From: Desulfomonilia bacterium
GTDB lineage: Bacteria > Desulfobacterota > Desulfomonilia > UBA1062
DNA: 64,000 bases
Assembly: GCA_050014195.1 (NCBI GenBank)
Contig: JBEKDT010000008.1
Span: forward strand, 128,001-192,000
Direction of reading: 5' to 3'
Numbering within the stretch: the first letter of the stretch is position 1; each line of letters opens with the position of its first letter. Shown piece after piece: positions 10,518 through 20,312 of the stretch. The translations under genes and the position numbers were made by a program. Below the pieces are notes generated by a model. That model saw only the letters and a list, made by a program, of their open reading frames with translations, had not been told where the DNA came from and did not search any database.

Positions 10518-11965
10518 TGACCGTATACCTCCTTCAGACACTGGCGAATGCATACACGGTCGTCGAACGCAATCTTGGTCGTGCCAATGATCTGATAATC
10601 CTCATGGCCCTTGCCTGCAATCACGAGGCAGTCATCAGGAGCCATGGTCCGTATTGCTTGGCAGATTGCCGTTTCTCTGTCAGGTTCAAGAAGAATCCTT
10701 GTCTTGTCCGTGACGCCCTTCACGATATCCTCTATGATCAAGAGCGGATCTTCGGTCCGGGGATTGTCCGAGGTGATAATGGCCAGATCGGCAAGGCCGG
10801 ATGCAATTGCGCCCATAATGGGCCGTTTGGTCCTGTCCCTGTCCCCCCCGCAGCCGAAAACGGTCAGGAGCCTCCCTTTTGTGAATCGGCGGGCGTTCTT
10901 CAGGACAGTATCCAGGGCATCGGGGGTATGGGCATAATCTACGAAGATGCTCAGCCCCTTGGTGTTCTTCACGGATTCCATCCTGCCGGGTACCCCGTCA
11001 AGCGCCTCTATGCCCTTTCTGATCTTCTCGTTTTCAATACCCATGGCATGGCAAACGCTTAAGGCTGCCATGATATTATAGGCATTCATCTCTCCCTTGA
11101 GTTTGCTCCTGATGATGATCTCTCCTAAAGGGGTCGCGATATTCAAGGTAAGGCCATGCGGATTGTTGTCCAGGGAAAGGGGGTGGATGAGGGCATTTTT
11201 GCTGAACCCGTATGTGATTGCACCACGTAAGCCATCAGCAAGCCGGACACCGTAAGGGTCATCTATATTAAGGATAGCATCGCCTGTGAGGTAACCCTCG
11301 AAGAGTCTCTTCTTGGCAAGGAAATATGTCTCCATGTCCTTGTGGTAGTCCAGGTGATCCTGGGTGAGGTTCGTGAAGAGGGCATAATCAAACCTGAGGC
11401 CTGCGACCCTGTCCTGATCAAGGGCATGAGAGCTCACCTCCATGATGCATGCATAAACACCCGCAAGACGCATTTGGTGAAGCATATCGAAGAGGTCAAC
11501 GGGGCCGGGTGTGGTAAGAGAAGAGGTGATCTCTTTTCCGGGATATCTTGTGTTGATGGTGCCCATAACCCCGCAGGAAATGCCTGCATTGCTCAAGACG
11601 GATTCAATGAGATAGGCGGTGGTAGTCTTGCCGTTGGTACCCGTGATCCCCACCATCCTCACTTCCAAGGCCTTGGGGTAGAGAAAAGGCAGGATCGTCC
11701 TGAGCGCGGCTTTCGTATCAGGCACGCTCAATACTGCGGCATCGGTGTTTTCGATGGTGTGGCTGGCATTACAGATAATAAGACTGGCGCCACGATTGAG
11801 GGCATCAATGATGAATTTATGGCCGTCCGTAACGCTGCCGCGAAGCGCTATGAACGCATCCCTTGCCTCGACGCGGGTAGAATCCACCTTAAGTGTTTTC
11901 CACTGCCTGTCGGGCCCTTTCGTTGTGGCACCGGGGAGTATGCGAGCGAGGTCTGAGGCCATCAT
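10514..11965 (-). CDS. murE: UDP-MurNAc-dipeptide--meso-diaminopimelate ligase MurE
   Basis: ITGTNGKTT, MEVSSHAL, DHLDYH, VDYAHTPD, DNPR (DAP-type motif), AGKGHEDYQ. Confidence 0.97.
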   Translation of the reverse strand: MMASDLARILPGATTKGPDRQWKTLKVDSTRVEARDAFIALRGSVTDGHKFIIDALNRGASLIICNASHTIENTDAAVLSVPDTKAALRTILPFLYPKALEVRMVGITGTNGKTTTAYLIESVLSNAGISCGVMGTINTRYPGKEITSSLTTPGPVDLFDMLHQMRLAGVYACIMEVSSHALDQDRVAGLRFDYALFTNLTQDHLDYHKDMETYFLAKKRLFEGYLTGDAILNIDDPYGVRLADGLRGAITYGFSKNALIHPLSLDNNPHGLTLNIATPLGEIIIRSKLKGEMNAYNIMAALSVCHAMGIENEKIRKGIEALDGVPGRMESVKNTKGLSIFVDYAHTPDALDTVLKNARRFTKGRLLTVFGCGGDRDRTKRPIMGAIASGLADLAIITSDNPRTEDPLLIIEDIVKGVTDKTRILLEPDRETAICQAIRTMAPDDCLVIAGKGHEDYQIIGTTKIAFDDRVCIRQCLKEVYGQ

Positions 11966-13668
11966 CCGCTGTCCCCCCTGGTGGCGAGCGTGATGTTCGG
12001 GCTTAACTCCATGATGGTGGCGCATTGTGTTACTATTTCTTTAAACAAAGGGCAAGCCACTATGCTTGCGTAATAGTACGGTCGAGGCTCATTGATGCAT
12101 ACGATCATGGTCATCCTGGTCTTGCCCGTGGCGTCGATGATCCCGCCGATGAATGAGGAGACATAGTCACCCTCTGCGTAGGCCCCGGTAAGCGGGTCTA
12201 TCTTCTGGGCCGTTCCGGTCTTGCCGAAGACCTGGAAGGTAGGCATATTGGCCGATTCGCCGGTGCCTCCCTTTAATGTGACGGATTTCATTACCCCGAC
12301 AATCTGATCGCAGGCCTCCTTCGAGAGAATTTTTCTCATTATGGTAGGCCTGGTTTCCAGGACAGGGGTATTCTTGGCATCGCTGATGCGCTCAACAATG
12401 AAGGGTTTCATGATCATACCCCCGTTGACCATGGCATTAAATGCAGTGATAAGCTGGATGCCGGTTACGGCAAAACCCTGTCCGAAGGAGATGGTTGCCT
12501 TGTCCACGCTGGTCCATGCACCCGGGTCTCTGACCATGCCCGCCGGCTCACCAGGGAAATCGATTCCGGTTGTGTCGAGAAAACCGAAGGCCTGGAGGCA
12601 GGTATACATGTCGCCGGCATTGATAGGTTCCATGAGCTTTGCGATGCCGATATTGCTGCTGAATTTAACGATGTCGTTTACCGGCAGCCAGCCGTATTTC
12701 TCATGGTCGTGGATGGTGATCCTATGGAAGGTGAATGAACCGTTCTCGCAGAAGACGCTCCTTGTTACATTGAATATCCTTTTATCCAGCCCCCAGCTTA
12801 CCCAAAAGGGCTTGATCACCGAGCCGGGCTCGAATAGATGCGTAATAGCCATGTTTGTATGGCCTGCAAGGCGGCTGAAGCTTCCCTTGTTCGGGTCGAA
12901 GCTCGGACAGGAGGCCATTGCAAGGATATCGCCGGTTGACGGGTTTGTAATGATGACGAACCCCGATTGCGCCTTGTTGTTGACGACAGCCTTCTTCAGT
13001 TCCTGAAAGGCGATGTACTGTATCCTCTTGTCTATGGTAAGCCACAGGGTATTGCCGTCTTTTACCTCATCACCCTGGAGGCCCCGTGCGTAAATGATCC
13101 TGCCCATACCGTCGCGGTGGACACCGATCTTGCGCTCCATGCCCTTGAGGAGCATGTCGTAGGAGAGCTCAAGTCCCTCGAGCCCTTTCCCATCTATGCC
13201 GACGAACCCGATCAAGTTCGCGGACGATTCGCTCTCCGGATAGAAACGCTTGGCCTCATCGTAGAATCCGATGCCCTTAATCTTGAGGGCCTTGACGGCC
13301 TCCACCTCATTGGGAGTGACCTGCCTTTTGATCCACACAAAATATCTGTCTTCGGTGAGCCTCTTCTCGATGTACCTCCTCTCTATCCCTAAGGCCTTCC
13401 CGAGCTGCCATGCGGCCCTGGCCGGGTCCTCAATGATCCGTGGATTGGCGGCCACTGATTTCATTTCAAGGCTAATGGCAAGGGGCTGTCCTGCCCGGTC
13501 AAAGATGGTTCCCCGGTGAGGGTTCAGTTCGATGGCATGATCGAACCGTTTGTGGGCCTTGGTGATGATAGAATCGGAGTTGATGACCTGCAACTCAAAC
13601 GCCCTCACACCGATGGCGGCGAGCATGACCATGAGAAAGATCTGGATGCCCCTTATTCGTCCAGCCAT
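11962..13668 (-). CDS. ftsI: Penicillin-binding protein 3 (FtsI)
   Basis: N-terminal TM, RGTIFDR, GLEGLE, EPGSVIK (SxxK), SSN, KTGT. Confidence 0.96.
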   Translation of the reverse strand: MAGRIRGIQIFLMVMLAAIGVRAFELQVINSDSIITKAHKRFDHAIELNPHRGTIFDRAGQPLAISLEMKSVAANPRIIEDPARAAWQLGKALGIERRYIEKRLTEDRYFVWIKRQVTPNEVEAVKALKIKGIGFYDEAKRFYPESESSANLIGFVGIDGKGLEGLELSYDMLLKGMERKIGVHRDGMGRIIYARGLQGDEVKDGNTLWLTIDKRIQYIAFQELKKAVVNNKAQSGFVIITNPSTGDILAMASCPSFDPNKGSFSRLAGHTNMAITHLFEPGSVIKPFWVSWGLDKRIFNVTRSVFCENGSFTFHRITIHDHEKYGWLPVNDIVKFSSNIGIAKLMEPINAGDMYTCLQAFGFLDTTGIDFPGEPAGMVRDPGAWTSVDKATISFGQGFAVTGIQLITAFNAMVNGGMIMKPFIVERISDAKNTPVLETRPTIMRKILSKEACDQIVGVMKSVTLKGGTGESANMPTFQVFGKTGTAQKIDPLTGAYAEGDYVSSFIGGIIDATGKTRMTMIVCINEPRPYYYASIVACPLFKEIVTQCATIMELSPNITLATRGDSG

Positions 13669-13943
13669 AGGTACACCACCTGTTCGGGTTTGGGGAGGGT
13701 TAGTCCGAGTTGGCTTTCAGCAATGAGCTTAAGTCTTTTCGAGCTCTTGAGCGTAGAGATCTCTATCTTCAATGCCTTGTTGTCGCCCAATAACTGTTCC
13801 TTGACCGCCTCTTCTTGGGAGAGAGAATATCCCAACTCGGTGACCATATGCCGTGTCCAGACATGGAACATGGCCCAGACCATCAGGAAGAGGAGCATCG
13901 CCACGCCGAATGGAAGGATTCCCTCTGTTTTCAAGGCCCTCAC
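13653..13943 (-). CDS. ftsL: Cell division protein FtsL
   Basis: 96 aa, single TM then coiled coil ending LGLTLP; between rsmH and ftsI. Confidence 0.85.
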   Translation of the reverse strand: MRALKTEGILPFGVAMLLFLMVWAMFHVWTRHMVTELGYSLSQEEAVKEQLLGDNKALKIEISTLKSSKRLKLIAESQLGLTLPKPEQVVYLWLDE

Positions 13944-14863
13944 GACATCCTCCGCGCGGCCCGTAACCGGGCGCTTCGGGCCCTGGGGTTTGCCCGGATC
14001 TCTTCTAAGGAAGCCATAACGGGTTTCTTCGTGATCCGTGTAAAAATGACCGCCGGGGTTTCCTGTGGCATGGGAAGTCCCCGGCGGCTCAGGAGGGCGG
14101 TCGAGGTACCCGCAAAGAACTGCTTGACGATACGGTCTTCGAGTGAATGGAATGAGATTATCGCCATCACACCGTCTTTTGAGAGTAATGCCGCAGCCTT
14201 GGTCAGAAAATCTTTAAGGTTATCGAGTTCGGAGTTGACCTCCATGCGGATGGCCTGGAAGGTCTTGGTAGCAGGGTGGATCCTCTTCGGCCAGAGCCTT
14301 CTGGGGATGGCTGCACTGATAATTGCAGCAAGTGCCTTTGTCGTGGCAATGGGCCTGGATTCCACTATACGGCGGGCAATTCTCCTTGCGAAGCGTTCTT
14401 CTCCGTAGATGGAGATGATCCGGCCGAGCGTGTCTTCATCGTAGGTATTCACCACCGCGCATGCATCGAGTTTTTGATCTTGATTGTACCTCATATCGAG
14501 AGGGCCTTCGGTGGAAAAGGAGAAACCCCGTTCGGCATCATCAAGCTCAAGGGATGACATCCCGAGATCGAGGATAACCCCGTCGATATGTTCCCATCCG
14601 AGTTGGGAGCATAAGCGATCTATCTCGGTGTAGTTGGCACAAAATAAATGGGAGCGAGTGCCATAAAGTGCCAGGGACTCTTTGAGGCGTGAAACTGCCT
14701 CATGGTCGAGGTCGCATCCGGTGAGTTCGCCGCCGGGAGAACTGGCTTCAAGGATGGCACGGGCGTGACCACCGCCACCAAGGGTGCCGTCGAAATATCT
14801 CCCGCCACTATGGGGCCTCATCACATCCAAGACCTCCCAAAGAAGTACGCTTGTGTGCTCCAT
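13940..14863 (-). CDS. rsmH: 16S rRNA m4C1402 methyltransferase RsmH (MraW)
   Basis: MEHTSVLL start, DGTLGGGGH, DLGMSS, PLDMR, HPATKTFQAIR, ISFHSLEDRIVK, NPRARSARLR. Confidence 0.97.
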   Translation of the reverse strand: MEHTSVLLWEVLDVMRPHSGGRYFDGTLGGGGHARAILEASSPGGELTGCDLDHEAVSRLKESLALYGTRSHLFCANYTEIDRLCSQLGWEHIDGVILDLGMSSLELDDAERGFSFSTEGPLDMRYNQDQKLDACAVVNTYDEDTLGRIISIYGEERFARRIARRIVESRPIATTKALAAIISAAIPRRLWPKRIHPATKTFQAIRMEVNSELDNLKDFLTKAAALLSKDGVMAIISFHSLEDRIVKQFFAGTSTALLSRRGLPMPQETPAVIFTRITKKPVMASLEEIRANPRARSARLRAARRMS

Positions 14864-14867
14864 CGTC

Positions 14868-15311
14868 TTACAGACCGAGCTTCGCAAGCCCTTCGCGCAA
14901 CTTCTCGGAGTCTTCGAGTGCCTCCTCCATGCTCTTGTTATACGTGTCCTGATCCCAGATCTCGATGCGGTCCACAATACCCACAAGCAGGCATTTCTTC
15001 TTGAGGCCTGCATACTCGCGCAGGCCGGACGGGATGAGGATTCTGCCCTGTGCATCGAGGAGACATTCTTCGGCCGAGCCGACGACATGCCGCTTGAACC
15101 AGATATCTTCCCTTTTCACATTGGAAAGTCCCGATGCCAGTTTTGCCACCCGCTCCCAGTCATCGGGGGCGAACGCCAGAAGGCAGCGGTCGATGCTCTT
15201 GGTGACTATAAGGTTCTCGGTTCCCCATTCTTTCAGGATATCCCTGAACTTTGAGGGGATGCTTAACCGACCCTTCTCATTAATGGAGTTAATGTAATGC
15301 CCTTTCAACAC
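14868..15311 (-). CDS. mraZ: dcw cluster transcriptional repressor MraZ
   Basis: Two SpoVT/AbrB-like repeats (NEKGRLSIP, DAQGRILIP) and DRIEIW; first gene of the cluster; GTG start. Confidence 0.95.
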   Translation of the reverse strand: MLKGHYINSINEKGRLSIPSKFRDILKEWGTENLIVTKSIDRCLLAFAPDDWERVAKLASGLSNVKREDIWFKRHVVGSAEECLLDAQGRILIPSGLREYAGLKKKCLLVGIVDRIEIWDQDTYNKSMEEALEDSEKLREGLAKLGL

Positions 15312-15317
15312 CGCTTA

Positions 15318-15381
15318 CCCCCACAAATATGACACTTATTGACACTTTATGCCTATATATTAAATGGTATATTAAAGTCAA
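15318..15381 (-). promoter_or_regulatory. dcw promoter with probable MraZ-binding GTG repeats
   Basis: Minus strand reads TTGACT, AT-rich -10 region, then AAAGTGTCAAT AAGTGTCATA TTTGTGGGG: three GTG cores spaced 10-11 bp just upstream of mraZ. Confidence 0.6.
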
Positions 15382-15491
15382 CATGAAGTTTCACTATTTT
15401 GTTAGTCTTTTATTATGAAATATCAAAATATTAAATGAATACCAAGGCTATGAAAAAAGTGCCATGTTAGGGAGAGATTTCGCTGGAAGTT

Positions 15492-16505
15492 TTGAGGGGA
15501 CTTGGCTATATGGGTTCCATGGATAAGGACGTCCTTGGGAAGATTCTCGAGATGCTGCCCGCTGGCGTCATGCTTGCGGAGGAAGACGGCAATGTGACCT
15601 ATGCAAACAAAGCGGCATTTGACTTTCTGGGTATTGATGAGTCCAGTCTCCCGGAGATCAACATCGAAGGCCTCATCGAGCACGATTCATTCAAGAAAGA
15701 GACCATGATACGGACCAAAGGGAGCGAAAGGATAACCATCCGGCTGATCAAGCATAAGCTCAAGAAGGGCGGCTTCGTGGTATTCCTCTCGGACATCACC
15801 GAGATCCATCAGCTCCAGAAAGAGATCCTGAAGATGGATAAGCTCGCATCCGTGGGCGAGCTTACCTCGGGTATCGCCCATGAGATACGCAATCCTCTGG
15901 CCGGGATTAAAACCACTGCACAGGCCTTGAATGAGGAGCTGGAGGTTGGTGATCACCGCAGGGCCTATGTCTCACGCATCATTTTAGAGATCGATCGATT
16001 GAATAAGCTGCTGCTCAATTTTTTCGATTTTGCCAAACCCAGAGAGCTCTCCATCGTCTCATGCGATCTCAAGAAGATCATCGAGAATGCGGTGTACATG
16101 GTGCAGGATACAGCCCGTGAGAATCATGTGGAGATCATCGAGTTTCACCCACCCAAGAGGGCAATGATCAAGGCCGATCCCCACATGATACAGCAGGTCC
16201 TCATGAATGTCTTCATCAATGCCGTCCAGGCTATGGAGTTCGGCGGGAGGATGGAGGTCCATCTTACCGACAGGGATGACCGCATGGAGGTTATTGTGTC
16301 CGATACGGGCAAGGGTATACCCGATCAAGTCAAAGGCAGGATCTTTGATCCCTTCTTCACTACGAAACCAAAGGGGATCGGGTTAGGGCTTTCTATCTCA
16401 TATCGGATTATCAAGCTGCATTCAGGCGCCATCACCTTCATCTCAAACCCCGGAGGCACGACCTTTATTATCACGCTACCCAAGGATCCGAGCCGCGCGA
16501 GGTAA
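15492..16505 (+). CDS. Cytoplasmic PAS-domain sensor histidine kinase (NtrB-like), orphan
   Basis: PAS-like N-terminus, AHEIRNPL H-box, NAVQA, DTGKGI, FDPFFTTK, GLGLS; no TM; start may be a slightly downstream ATG. Confidence 0.92.
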   Translation: MRGLGYMGSMDKDVLGKILEMLPAGVMLAEEDGNVTYANKAAFDFLGIDESSLPEINIEGLIEHDSFKKETMIRTKGSERITIRLIKHKLKKGGFVVFLSDITEIHQLQKEILKMDKLASVGELTSGIAHEIRNPLAGIKTTAQALNEELEVGDHRRAYVSRIILEIDRLNKLLLNFFDFAKPRELSIVSCDLKKIIENAVYMVQDTARENHVEIIEFHPPKRAMIKADPHMIQQVLMNVFINAVQAMEFGGRMEVHLTDRDDRMEVIVSDTGKGIPDQVKGRIFDPFFTTKPKGIGLGLSISYRIIKLHSGAITFISNPGGTTFIITLPKDPSRAR

Positions 16506-16559
16506 GGTGATGCTGATAATATAACTTTTATACCCAAACAAAATTTAAGGAGGTTGTGA

Positions 16560-17273
16560 ATGCCATTACTGACATCCACTGCATATGCAGCGACAGCCCA
16601 GTTCAGGGGTAATATCGGGGCCATGATCGTGGATGCTGCCCCTGTGGTTAAACTCGTGTTACTGGTCCTCTTCATATTTTCCATATTCTCATGGGGTATC
16701 ATTATTCAGAAGTGGATCATGTTTACCAGGGCCCGCAAGAGGGCGAAGGTGATACTGGACATGATTGCCAAGAGCCCAAGCATGGTGAAGCTCAAGGAGA
16801 CCATTGCAAAGGCTGGTGATTGTCCCGTGTCTAAGATGTTCGATGAGGCCCTTGATGAGGTGAATAAACTCTCAGGCAGGACGGGCATGGTCAATCAGTC
16901 CATGCTTATAAACATCGAGGCCAGGTTGGGCAATGCCCACGCACGGCAGGGCATGGACCTTTCCTACGGTCTGGGTTTCCTGGCAAGCATCAGTAACGCA
17001 AGTCCCTTTATCGGACTGTTCGGGACCGTTTGGGGAATCATGGATTCCTTCAGACATATCGCACTCATGGGCTCCGCGAATCTTGCAACCGTCGCCCCAG
17101 GTATATCCGAGGCCCTGATCGCCACTGCCGCAGGACTCTTTGTCGCAATACCGGCCGTGCTCTTCTATAACTACTTTACGAGCCTCATCACCCATGCGAG
17201 CGCCCAGATGGACCAGTTCCAGATGGACTTCATTAACTCTCTGCGCCGGGGGTTGTTCCATGCAGACAAATAA
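16560..17273 (+). CDS. tolQ: TolQ (MotA/TolQ/ExbB proton channel)
   Basis: SPFIGLFGTVWGIMDSF and VAPGISEALIATAAGL; AAGGAGG RBS; heads the tol-pal cluster. Confidence 0.93.
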   Translation: MPLLTSTAYAATAQFRGNIGAMIVDAAPVVKLVLLVLFIFSIFSWGIIIQKWIMFTRARKRAKVILDMIAKSPSMVKLKETIAKAGDCPVSKMFDEALDEVNKLSGRTGMVNQSMLINIEARLGNAHARQGMDLSYGLGFLASISNASPFIGLFGTVWGIMDSFRHIALMGSANLATVAPGISEALIATAAGLFVAIPAVLFYNYFTSLITHASAQMDQFQMDFINSLRRGLFHADK

Positions 17274-17664
17274 GCCCAAGACGTATGTGGCGGAAATCAA
17301 TGTGACGCCGCTGGTTGATGTCATGCTCGTGCTGCTCATCATCTTCATGGTATCGGCCCCCATGATGAAGGAAGGCATGAAGGTTGATCTGCCCGAGGCG
17401 GAGGCGCGGGCTTTGGGCGAGAGCCAGGATCTTGTGATCACCATAGGCAATGACAAGACCGTTGATATCAACGGATCACCGGTTGAACTCGGCAGGTTGG
17501 AGATGGTCCTCAGCCAGATCAAGGAACAGAGGAATGTAGAGGCCGTCTACCTGCAGGCCGACAAAAGTATCCCATACGGATTTGTAGTCCAGGTGATGTC
17601 GGTCATACGCATGAGCGGTCTGACGAAGATCGGCCTTGTGACCCAGCCTCCGGCAAATAAATAA
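17260..17664 (+). CDS. tolR: TolR (ExbD/TolR family)
   Basis: EINVTPLVDVMLVLLIIFMV and ADKSIPYG; start MQTNKPK overlapping tolQ. Confidence 0.93.
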   Translation: MQTNKPKTYVAEINVTPLVDVMLVLLIIFMVSAPMMKEGMKVDLPEAEARALGESQDLVITIGNDKTVDINGSPVELGRLEMVLSQIKEQRNVEAVYLQADKSIPYGFVVQVMSVIRMSGLTKIGLVTQPPANK

Positions 17665-17672
17665 GAGCCAGG

Positions 17673-18386
17673 ATGCAGTCTTTAAGAAACTTCCTTATCT
17701 TATCGCTCATCTGTCATCTGGTGTTGATCCTTACCCTGGTGGATATCGATCTTTCCGGAAAGAAATTAGACACCTCAGACGTGTATGAGGTATCAATCAT
17801 TCCCGGTGTCCCCTCGGGCGGAGAGGCTGCATCGAAGAGCGTTTCCATACCCGAGAGCAAGAAATTCATTTTCAACAAGAAGTCCGAACATGTCTCACTC
17901 GGAGAGGTCAAGAAGGAGAGAGCCTTGAAAGAAGGCCCTCCCAAACTCTCGCCCCTGGAAATGAAGCGGGAGACCCCCGAAGAGGGAGGCCCGGTTACAG
18001 CGAGTGCAGGTAATCTGACCAGGCCCCCGGTACAGACCGGTATGGGTACGGGAACGGCCCATGGCCCTGGAGGAGGGAGTGCTTCAGAGATCGCCCTGTG
18101 GAAAGCACGGGTCAGGAGCTTGGTGGAGAACTTGTGGAAAACCCCTCCGGAGATCGAGGGAATGGATTCATCATTACAGACCACCTATCTTCTCAGGGTG
18201 AGCAGGACAGGTGATCTGCTCCAGAAGAAACTCATGGTATCATCGGGCAATGTGCCCTTTGACCGATCGATACTCATTACCCTGGGCAGGGTGAGCCGAT
18301 TACCACAGCCTCCGCTCGTCCTCATTGCAGGCGAGGACTGGTTTGAGTTCACCATGTCTTTCACACCCCCGAAAGGAGCTCATTGA
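17673..18386 (+). CDS. tolA: TolA/TonB-like energy transducer
   Basis: N-terminal TM with SxxxH (SLICH), low-complexity linker, C-terminal SSGNVPFDRS; between tolR and tolB. Confidence 0.75.
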   Translation: MQSLRNFLILSLICHLVLILTLVDIDLSGKKLDTSDVYEVSIIPGVPSGGEAASKSVSIPESKKFIFNKKSEHVSLGEVKKERALKEGPPKLSPLEMKRETPEEGGPVTASAGNLTRPPVQTGMGTGTAHGPGGGSASEIALWKARVRSLVENLWKTPPEIEGMDSSLQTTYLLRVSRTGDLLQKKLMVSSGNVPFDRSILITLGRVSRLPQPPLVLIAGEDWFEFTMSFTPPKGAH

Positions 18387-19660
18387 TGCGAAGATTCTTT
18401 GCCCTTATTTTTGTAATTTTTATCATTTCCGACATACATGTACATGCCCAGCAGATCCACATCGACATCGAGGCGAGCGGATTCCGCAAGATGAAGGTTG
18501 CCATGCCTACCTATGCCGGGCCCGGTGACATGGCGGGCTCGGTGTGGGCCATGTGCGCCAGGGACCTCCAGCTGTCAGGGATCTTCGATCTCATCTCGCC
18601 CCAGAGCTATGTCAATCCGGGCCCCCTTGGCGAAGTCCAGCAGGGTTCACTGAAGGACTTCTCGCTCATCGGTTCGGATTATGTGATAGCCGCTACGGTT
18701 TCAAAGCAGGACACCACAGGCATATTCAAGGTCCAGATGGTGGATGTTTCTACAGGGCAGGTCATCGAGAGCGCCACCTACACGAGCGGCGAGCAGACCA
18801 TGTACATGGCTGTCCATGCGTTCATGGATCACGTCTTGAGGAATAAGTTCGGACTAGACCCCATCTTTTCCTCCAAGATCGCATGCATAAAAAAAGATAA
18901 AACGGCTAAACAGCTCCATGTCATATGGTGCGATGGAACCGGAGGCAATACCATACGTGGCGGCGGCAGCCTTGTACTGAGCCCTGCATGGTCGCGTGAC
19001 GGGAAAAAGATCGCATTCGTATCCTACTGGAAAAACAACCCGGACCTCTACCTGCTGGATCTTGCCACGAACAATGTAAAACAGCTCTCGGCGCAGAAAG
19101 GCATCAACACATCACCTGCCTTCGATGCGTCAGGCGGCAGGATAGGGCTCACGTTGTCCATCGACGGTTCACCCAAGATCTATATCATGAACCTGGACGG
19201 CTCAGGCAGGACAAAACTCACCACAGGCTGGGCAACCGATACCTCGCCATCATTCTCGATCAATGGAAAGAGCATGGCCTACTGCTCATCCCGGTCGGGT
19301 AACCCCCAGATCTTCATCATGGATCTTGCAACGAAGAATGTGCAGCGGCTTACCTATGAGGGAAAATACAACTCCGAACCGACCTTCTCACCGAGGGGAG
19401 ATCTCGTGGCATTTTCCTATCGTGCTAAAAATGAAAAGTTTTATATTGCGACTATAAAACCTGACGGGTCGAATTTCCGGGTGCTTCCAGGGTCGGGCCT
19501 TGGAGATGAATCACCGAGTTTTTCTCCCGACGGGAGACTCATTGCCTTTGCCGGTGGAGACGGTAATATCCACATAACGGATCTCATGGGTACCATGTCC
19601 GTGCCTGTCACCTCTGGGGGAGGGTTTTCCGAGCCGGCCTGGTCGCCGTTGATGAAATGA
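18383..19660 (+). CDS. tolB: TolB beta-propeller protein
   Basis: Signal peptide, TolB N-domain (DLQLSGIF), PD40 repeats (SPAWSRDG, PTFSPRG, SPSFSPDG). Confidence 0.93.
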   Translation: MMRRFFALIFVIFIISDIHVHAQQIHIDIEASGFRKMKVAMPTYAGPGDMAGSVWAMCARDLQLSGIFDLISPQSYVNPGPLGEVQQGSLKDFSLIGSDYVIAATVSKQDTTGIFKVQMVDVSTGQVIESATYTSGEQTMYMAVHAFMDHVLRNKFGLDPIFSSKIACIKKDKTAKQLHVIWCDGTGGNTIRGGGSLVLSPAWSRDGKKIAFVSYWKNNPDLYLLDLATNNVKQLSAQKGINTSPAFDASGGRIGLTLSIDGSPKIYIMNLDGSGRTKLTTGWATDTSPSFSINGKSMAYCSSRSGNPQIFIMDLATKNVQRLTYEGKYNSEPTFSPRGDLVAFSYRAKNEKFYIATIKPDGSNFRVLPGSGLGDESPSFSPDGRLIAFAGGDGNIHITDLMGTMSVPVTSGGGFSEPAWSPLMK

Positions 19661-19734
19661 GAAATCTTTGAACTTGACCTGACTCAGGGTTGGATTACAG
19701 TACAAACAACTCCAAGAGTGGAGAGGAGAATGAT

Positions 19735-20307
19735 ATGAAGAGAATTATTCGTATTGCATATACCATCATAATACTCTGTGCGATCCTGTTCGTCATGGGT
19801 TGTGCGAAGAAGACCCTGGAACCGGTAACTCCGGAAGTTTCAAAGCCGCATCCTCCCGGCCAGACGGGAATGCCTGCCGAGCAGCCTGGCATGAAGATGG
19901 ATACGTCCGAGGCATCTCAGGGTGCTGGAGCCGCTTCGGGCAAGTCCACGATTGAGAAGGCTCGGACCGCCTTTGAAAAAACGGATATATACTTTGAGTT
20001 CGACAGTTTCGAGCTCACGCCGGAGGCCCGGAAGGCACTGGCCGATAAGGCTGCTTTCCTGAACTCACATCCTAAGATCAAGACCCGCATCGAAGGCCAC
20101 TGTGACGAGCGGGGCACGGCAGCATACAACCTTGCCCTGGGGGAGCGCCGTGCCAAGGCTGCTCAGGACTATCTTGTTTTCCTGGGTATAGGCTCGGAAA
20201 GGGTTTCAACGGTCAGTTACGGTGAAGAGAAGCCGGTGGATCCGGGGCATAACGAAACGGCCTGGGCCAAAAACAGAAGGGCCCATTTCGACATTCTTGG
20301 GGAGTAA
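19735..20307 (+). CDS. pal: Peptidoglycan-associated lipoprotein Pal
   Basis: Lipobox VMGC, IYFEFD, IEGHCDERGT, YNLALGERRA, SYGEEKP, NRRA; GAGGAG RBS before ATG 19735. Confidence 0.96.
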   Translation: MKRIIRIAYTIIILCAILFVMGCAKKTLEPVTPEVSKPHPPGQTGMPAEQPGMKMDTSEASQGAGAASGKSTIEKARTAFEKTDIYFEFDSFELTPEARKALADKAAFLNSHPKIKTRIEGHCDERGTAAYNLALGERRAKAAQDYLVFLGIGSERVSTVSYGEEKPVDPGHNETAWAKNRRAHFDILGE

Positions 20308-20312
20308 TAATC